Positions 52,322 through 56,604 of a DNA stretch of 56,604 nt are shown here, in pieces. A model generated the notes under the pieces. It was given only the letters and a program-made list of their open reading frames with translations. It did no database searches and had not been told where the DNA came from. The position numbers and the translations under genes were made by a program. Source of the stretch: a virus. How positions within the stretch are numbered: the first letter of the stretch is position 1; each line of letters starts with the position of its first letter. The stretch covers positions 1-56,604 of the IMG/VR virus record IMGVR_UViG_3300045988_114323; one strand, 5' to 3'.

Positions 52322-54550
52322 ATGCAGGCAGTGAGTGACGCTTATATTGAGTCAATGATTGAACCTTTTCGTAATAGGGGATATATTAAAGGCTCGATAG
52401 GGATTATCAACTCAGAAGCGCAAAATAACGCTGTGGCAGATGATAAAAACAATAATTTTACGTATTTTTCAAATGCAAAAAAACCATTTACGTCTTATTC
52501 GGTAAGCCAGTTATACGCTACAACAGAACAGGATTTTTCAAAATTGGACGGATCCATGTATTTTTTGCCAAAAGAAGATTCGGGACTTACATTTTATAAC
52601 AACGGAATGGTCACGGAAGATTTGCTTGGTGCTATTCGAATATCGTTTGGAGAATATGATTCTCTGGATATTAAAGGAATGACAATTAATTTTGGAGCTT
52701 GTTATCCGTCAGAGCTTACGATAACAAACGGAAAAGTAAGTCATGATTATACGAATGACAATAAATTGTTTGTAACAGAAGACGTATTTGACGATACATC
52801 ATATATTGTGATACAGCCTAAGAAAATGGTAAATGGTCAAGGAAGACTCAGAATTTATAAGATTGAATTTGGAGTTGTGGATTCATTTGGAAATGATGAA
52901 TTAATCTCTTGCTCAATTAATGAGTTTGTGTCTTCGACAGCAGAAACATTGCCAAGTAAAGATGTTGAGATTATCCTTGATAACCAAAATTCATACTATG
53001 ATGTAGATAACGAATCAAGTGCTATTGGATATTTGGAGCTAGGACAGGAAGTGAAAATTGCATTTGGGTATGATGTTACCGGAAATGGTGATATTGAGTG
53101 GCTACCTGAAATGCTGACATATCTGAAAAGTTGGAGTGCAAGTGATACGCAAGTACAATTTATCTGCACTGATCTGTTCGACAATATGGAAGGTACTTAT
53201 TATAGAGGACTTTATAGACCGGAAGGTATTTCTCTATATGACCTTGCAGTGGATGTATTTAATGATGCTGGATATAGCATTGACCAGTATTACATTGATG
53301 GGTATCTAAAGAATATTTTAGTGTACAATCCGATGCCAGCAGTTAAGCATTCAGAAGCGTTACAGATTATAGCAAATGCAGGAAGATGTGCGTTGTATGA
53401 TGACAGAGATGGAAGAATCCATTTACAAGCATCGTTCATACCGGATATGGCTGCTACATCCAATGGAGAGACGGTATATAGCAAAATATCAAATGTATTG
53501 ATTGATAGCAAAAAAACGGCGTATGCGGTAACAAGTAATGATTTTTCAGTGCTTGACGGTAGCGTATTGTTTATGCCAGAAGATAAACAGGAGTATGCAG
53601 ATAATACCGGATATGTCAGCAATCAGTGTGCCGATGAAAACGGAGATTTTGAAGAAAGCCCGGTTATTACCATTAATTTGGAATCTGGATTTGTAGCATA
53701 TGGACTAAAAATAGATTTTAGAAGTGTGATCCCACAAGAGTTTAAGGTTACAACGTATTATAACGGAGTAAAAGTAGAACAGATTACAGAAAAACCGACA
53801 GGTGTTCATTTTGAAACTCAGAGACGATTTGAAATGTTTGACAAGATGGAAATTGAGTTTTTCAAAGGATATCCAAACAGTCGAGTATTCATCGATAATA
53901 TTAAGGTCGGAGATGTTACTAATTATCATTTGAAAAGAGATTTCTTGTTAGATTCTCCGACTGCAACCAGACAAGATAAGCTAAAGTCTATTTCAATTAT
54001 CAGAAATATATATTCCGAATCTACAGAAGAAAAAGATTTGGCACAAGAGGATGTTGATTTGAGTGTTGGAAATACCACTCATATAGTATATTTCAATGAT
54101 GCATCTTACGGATTGTCTGCTACTGTTGAGGAAAATCAAACAATAAAAGCAACAATTACAGAAAGCAGTAATTATTATGCAGTAATATCTTTTAGTGGTG
54201 TCACTAAAGACGTAACGGTAAAATTGAAAGTGACTGGAAGAGAGTATTCCGTAGAAGAAAATCCATACAGTGTTAATCATAATAAAAACGGAACAGATAT
54301 GGAATGGAACAATCCGCTTATAAGTACGATTCCACAAGCACGAGATTTGGAAGAATGGCTTGCGGAGTACTATCTTGGACGTGTTGAATATGAATTTAAC
54401 TGGCGTGGCGACCCAAGAACAGATGCGAACGACCTGTTTTATTTTGAATTAAAAGATGGTAGAGAGCAGATGATTCGTGCCTATGAAAATAGCTTATCAT
54501 TTAGCGGAGCATGGTCTGGAAAGATAAAATCAAGGGCGGTGGTGATATAA
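52322..54550 (+). CDS. Tail-associated / baseplate structural protein (Tal-like position)
   Basis: 742 aa. Second gene after the tape measure gene. Confidence 0.6.
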   Translation: MQAVSDAYIESMIEPFRNRGYIKGSIGIINSEAQNNAVADDKNNNFTYFSNAKKPFTSYSVSQLYATTEQDFSKLDGSMYFLPKEDSGLTFYNNGMVTEDLLGAIRISFGEYDSLDIKGMTINFGACYPSELTITNGKVSHDYTNDNKLFVTEDVFDDTSYIVIQPKKMVNGQGRLRIYKIEFGVVDSFGNDELISCSINEFVSSTAETLPSKDVEIILDNQNSYYDVDNESSAIGYLELGQEVKIAFGYDVTGNGDIEWLPEMLTYLKSWSASDTQVQFICTDLFDNMEGTYYRGLYRPEGISLYDLAVDVFNDAGYSIDQYYIDGYLKNILVYNPMPAVKHSEALQIIANAGRCALYDDRDGRIHLQASFIPDMAATSNGETVYSKISNVLIDSKKTAYAVTSNDFSVLDGSVLFMPEDKQEYADNTGYVSNQCADENGDFEESPVITINLESGFVAYGLKIDFRSVIPQEFKVTTYYNGVKVEQITEKPTGVHFETQRRFEMFDKMEIEFFKGYPNSRVFIDNIKVGDVTNYHLKRDFLLDSPTATRQDKLKSISIIRNIYSESTEEKDLAQEDVDLSVGNTTHIVYFNDASYGLSATVEENQTIKATITESSNYYAVISFSGVTKDVTVKLKVTGREYSVEENPYSVNHNKNGTDMEWNNPLISTIPQARDLEEWLAEYYLGRVEYEFNWRGDPRTDANDLFYFELKDGREQMIRAYENSLSFSGAWSGKIKSRAVVI

Positions 54551-54961
54551 ATGGCTTGGATTAATCCAAAAACTGATTGGACAAAAAATGATAGATTTAA
54601 CTATTCTGATTACAATAGAATAAAAAATAATCTTAATTATTTGCATGAAAAAACAGAACAGCTTGTTAAACCTGTAGATATAGGAGATATGGGAGAAGAT
54701 ATCACATCTTATTTGAGCTATTGGGATGTAAATGTATTTAATCTTTTTGAGAAGAATCTTGATGCAATAGCAAAGGCTTCTTATGGAAAAGATTATGGTT
54801 ATTCACAGACGTTTTATCCAAATGGTGCTTTTATCAAATATGATGAATTAAATCGTATAGAGTCCGCCTGCATTGATATATATAACATGTTAATGGCACA
54901 AGAAGCTGGGCTCAGAAAGATACCGTTTGTTCTTGGAAGATTTAGGGAGGTGCGTATTTAA
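54551..54961 (+). CDS. Baseplate/fibre-associated small protein
   Basis: Coupled start (TAAATG). Confidence 0.45.
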   Translation: MAWINPKTDWTKNDRFNYSDYNRIKNNLNYLHEKTEQLVKPVDIGDMGEDITSYLSYWDVNVFNLFEKNLDAIAKASYGKDYGYSQTFYPNGAFIKYDELNRIESACIDIYNMLMAQEAGLRKIPFVLGRFREVRI

Positions 54962-55530
54962 TGGCAAAACAAACATTGCCAACAAATTACAAAGATGATG
55001 TTCTGGCAACGTCGATGGGCAAAAAAAGGCGTTACAATCTTATTCAAAACGATGACAGAACGATATCACTTGAAGATGCAACTGAGTATACTCAAGTGGG
55101 CGATAATTATGGTGCAGCTCAGTTAAATGCTACAAATCAAGCGGTTAATGAAAGCGTTGACCAGGCTAAAGTAATCGATTCTTTGGATGATATATCAGCT
55201 AACACTCAGCCAGGAATGGTTGCAGGAGCGTTGGCGGTTGCTGAGTTAAAGGGCAAGATTGACGAGCAAAAGTACAAGGTTGGAACAGTAACGCTTGGCT
55301 ATTATGATGCTTCCTATCTATATGCAACTATAGATTTTGGCACTGACAAGTGGAATGGTGGTGTTGTTTTTACATCAATGTTTTCTATTCGTAATACTCC
55401 TTACGAACAGGTTATTTCGTTTTCGACGACAGAAGTCCAAGGCAATAAAGTTACAATTTGGGCAAGAGGTAGCGGTTTTGTCAAAGGACATTCGCTGTTG
55501 GTAGGTTATTTAATCATTCCGAAGAATTAA
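54961..55530 (+). CDS. Tail fibre / receptor-binding protein with a switchable C-terminal domain (expressed orientation)
   Basis: 189 aa. Residues 93-100 (VAELKGKI) are encoded by the left inverted repeat. Confidence 0.6.
   Translation: MAKQTLPTNYKDDVLATSMGKKRRYNLIQNDDRTISLEDATEYTQVGDNYGAAQLNATNQAVNESVDQAKVIDSLDDISANTQPGMVAGALAVAELKGKIDEQKYKVGTVTLGYYDASYLYATIDFGTDKWNGGVVFTSMFSIRNTPYEQVISFSTTEVQGNKVTIWARGSGFVKGHSLLVGYLIIPKN
55237..55260. repeat. Inverted repeat, left (GTTGCTGAGTTAAAGGGCAAGATT)
   Basis: 21 of 24 positions match the reverse complement of 55837..55860. Codon-aligned in both ORFs. Confidence 0.8.
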
Positions 55531-55563
55531 CGTACATACAAGCTAGCAAGTGTATAAAAATAT

Positions 55564-55872
55564 TTAAACACAAATGTATGTTCCGGTTATGAACAGTACA
55601 TTGCCGGAATGCGCTTTGCTTATATAGAGAGTTCCGTCCGTATTCAATACCGCCCAGTTTCCGTTACTTGGTGTGCCAGAAAATCCAACACCGCACCAAG
55701 TCTTTATTATTGGTTTAAACGGCATCGTGGCAATTTCCTTGCCGCCATTTGCAGTATTGATTTCTGCTGAGAATGTAACTACATTCCCAATTTTGACATA
55801 GTGAATCGTTCCGCCGGTAGCGACCACAGATCCTTTAATCTTACCATTTAATTCAGCAACTTTATCGGGCAA
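55564..55872 (-). CDS. Silent alternative C-terminal cassette for 54961..55530 (no ATG or RBS of its own)
   Basis: The frame opens only 12 codons before the repeat. The only start is a TTG without an SD. It begins ..VAELNGKIKG, homologous to VAELKGKIDE. Confidence 0.5.
   Translation of the reverse strand: MPDKVAELNGKIKGSVVATGGTIHYVKIGNVVTFSAEINTANGGKEIATMPFKPIIKTWCGVGFSGTPSNGNWAVLNTDGTLYISKAHSGNVLFITGTYICV
55837..55860. repeat. Inverted repeat, right (reverse complement GTTGCTGAATTAAATGGTAAGATT)
   Basis: See 55237..55260. Confidence 0.8.
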
Positions 55873-55925
55873 ATCTTTGTTTTTTATAGTAAATCGGACA
55901 TGTTTTTAATAAAAGGAGTGTAAAA

Positions 55926-56604
55926 ATGGAGACAAAAATAACTACAGTAAGTCTTGCTGCGAAAGAAGATAAATACTATGCGGATAAAACACTGTACCAA
56001 TGGAACTATGGTCAGATACTACGGATTGTAGATGCAGACCTTCCAATGGCTGTTGAAATCGGATTTTCAACTACAGAAAAATCAGGAGATTCAGACGTGC
56101 GGGTTGGATCCACTAACAACGGTGTTACTACGGTAGCAATTCCGAATAAGTTATTTGAAGAAGAACGGAGTACTGATTATAGTATTTATGCATTTGTGTA
56201 TGTTACTGATGAAAATTCTGGAACAACGGTGCATGAGATAGTCATTCCAGTAAAGGCAAGAGCGAAACAGGGTGACCCGTCAGAAGACCCAAGCATAGAT
56301 CCAAGCATTTTTAAAGATGCTATTAATGCGGTAAATGCATCTGCGGAGCGTGCTGAAATAGCTGAAAAGTCAGCAAAGGAATCAGCGGATAAAGCAAAGG
56401 AATATGCCGAGAGTGCCGGGAAAAGCAAAGGAGACGTAGAAAAAGCAAGAGATAATGCAATCTCAGCTATCGGTATAGAAAAAGAAAGCGCACTGAGAGG
56501 AATTGAAAGCAAGACGGTGGAGTCGTTGCAGAAGATTCAGAGCCAGACGGAAGCGTCTCAGAACAGTATCAAGCAGTCCATAGCTGATGCAACCGAAAAA
56601 AAGA
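55926..56604 (+). CDS. Tail fibre / BppU-like baseplate protein, N-terminal part (runs off the window and continues at 1..2089)
   Basis: AAGGAG RBS and ATG 55926. No stop codon to the window end. LYQWNYGQILRI resembles the BppU N-domain. In frame with 32..2089 across the 119-bp overlap. Confidence 0.8.
   Translation, partial: METKITTVSLAAKEDKYYADKTLYQWNYGQILRIVDADLPMAVEIGFSTTEKSGDSDVRVGSTNNGVTTVAIPNKLFEEERSTDYSIYAFVYVTDENSGTTVHEIVIPVKARAKQGDPSEDPSIDPSIFKDAINAVNASAERAEIAEKSAKESADKAKEYAESAGKSKGDVEKARDNAISAIGIEKESALRGIESKTVESLQKIQSQTEASQNSIKQSIADATEKK
56486..56604. repeat. Terminal overlap, copy 2 (identical to 1..119)
   Basis: Direct comparison with positions 1..119. It lies inside the tail-fibre coding frame. 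Confidence 0.95.

Larger units (their letters stand above)
1..56604. mobile_element. Complete circularly permuted temperate siphovirus-like phage genome (unit ~56,485 bp)
   Basis: Full phage gene set is present: recombinase, repressors, replication, terS/terL, portal, capsid, tape measure, fibres, lysin. The two ends share an identical 119 bp. Confidence 0.85.

Noticed and set aside
1-56604. CRISPR arrays, rRNA genes, transposase/IS elements, toxin-antitoxin pairs or recognisable defence systems
   Set aside because: I found no regularly spaced repeat-spacer array. No transposase-like ORF and no recognisable defence-domain protein was seen. The only repeat arrays are short operator/iteron sets and the DGR TR/VRs.

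Overview
The window is a complete, circularly permuted genome of a temperate siphovirus-like phage. The first and last 119 bp are identical, giving a unit length of about 56,485 bp. RBS style, a Cheo-type LexA box, CW_binding_1-type lysin repeats and low GC suggest a low-GC Gram-positive (Clostridia-like) host.

Gene order:
- tail-fibre C-terminus, XkdX and amidase endolysin
- two tandem immunity switches and an antirepressor
- recombination and replication genes (PD-(D/E)XK exonuclease, RusA, replisome organiser, G39P-like loader)
- a complete diversity-generating retroelement (DGR): two target genes with VR1 and VR2, Avd, TR and RT
- C5 cytosine methyltransferase and small early genes
- large serine recombinase
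- about 12 kb of accessory genes: a Cys/Gly/Gln-rich operon, membrane-protein morons, paralogous Arc/CopG-like regulators with iterons, and a GC-richer leftward operon
- terS, an inserted small-gene block with a tRNA-like element, terL and two regulators
- portal, scaffold, capsid, connectors, a holin pair, tail, tape measure, baseplate and fibres

Most notable observations:
1. The DGR shows strictly adenine-specific TR/VR differences. It acts on two small proteins that do not look like virion components and lie in the early region.
2. A likely invertible cassette could swap the C-terminal domain of a tail-fibre protein.
3. The serine recombinase gene is bracketed by an 18-bp perfect inverted repeat, with its promoter outside the repeat.
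4. A tRNA-like element has a 78-nt non-canonical middle section.
5. The immunity modules are duplicated, and one early promoter contains a LexA box.

No CRISPR array or rRNA was seen. All family names come from reading the sequence by eye and from memory; no database search was run.
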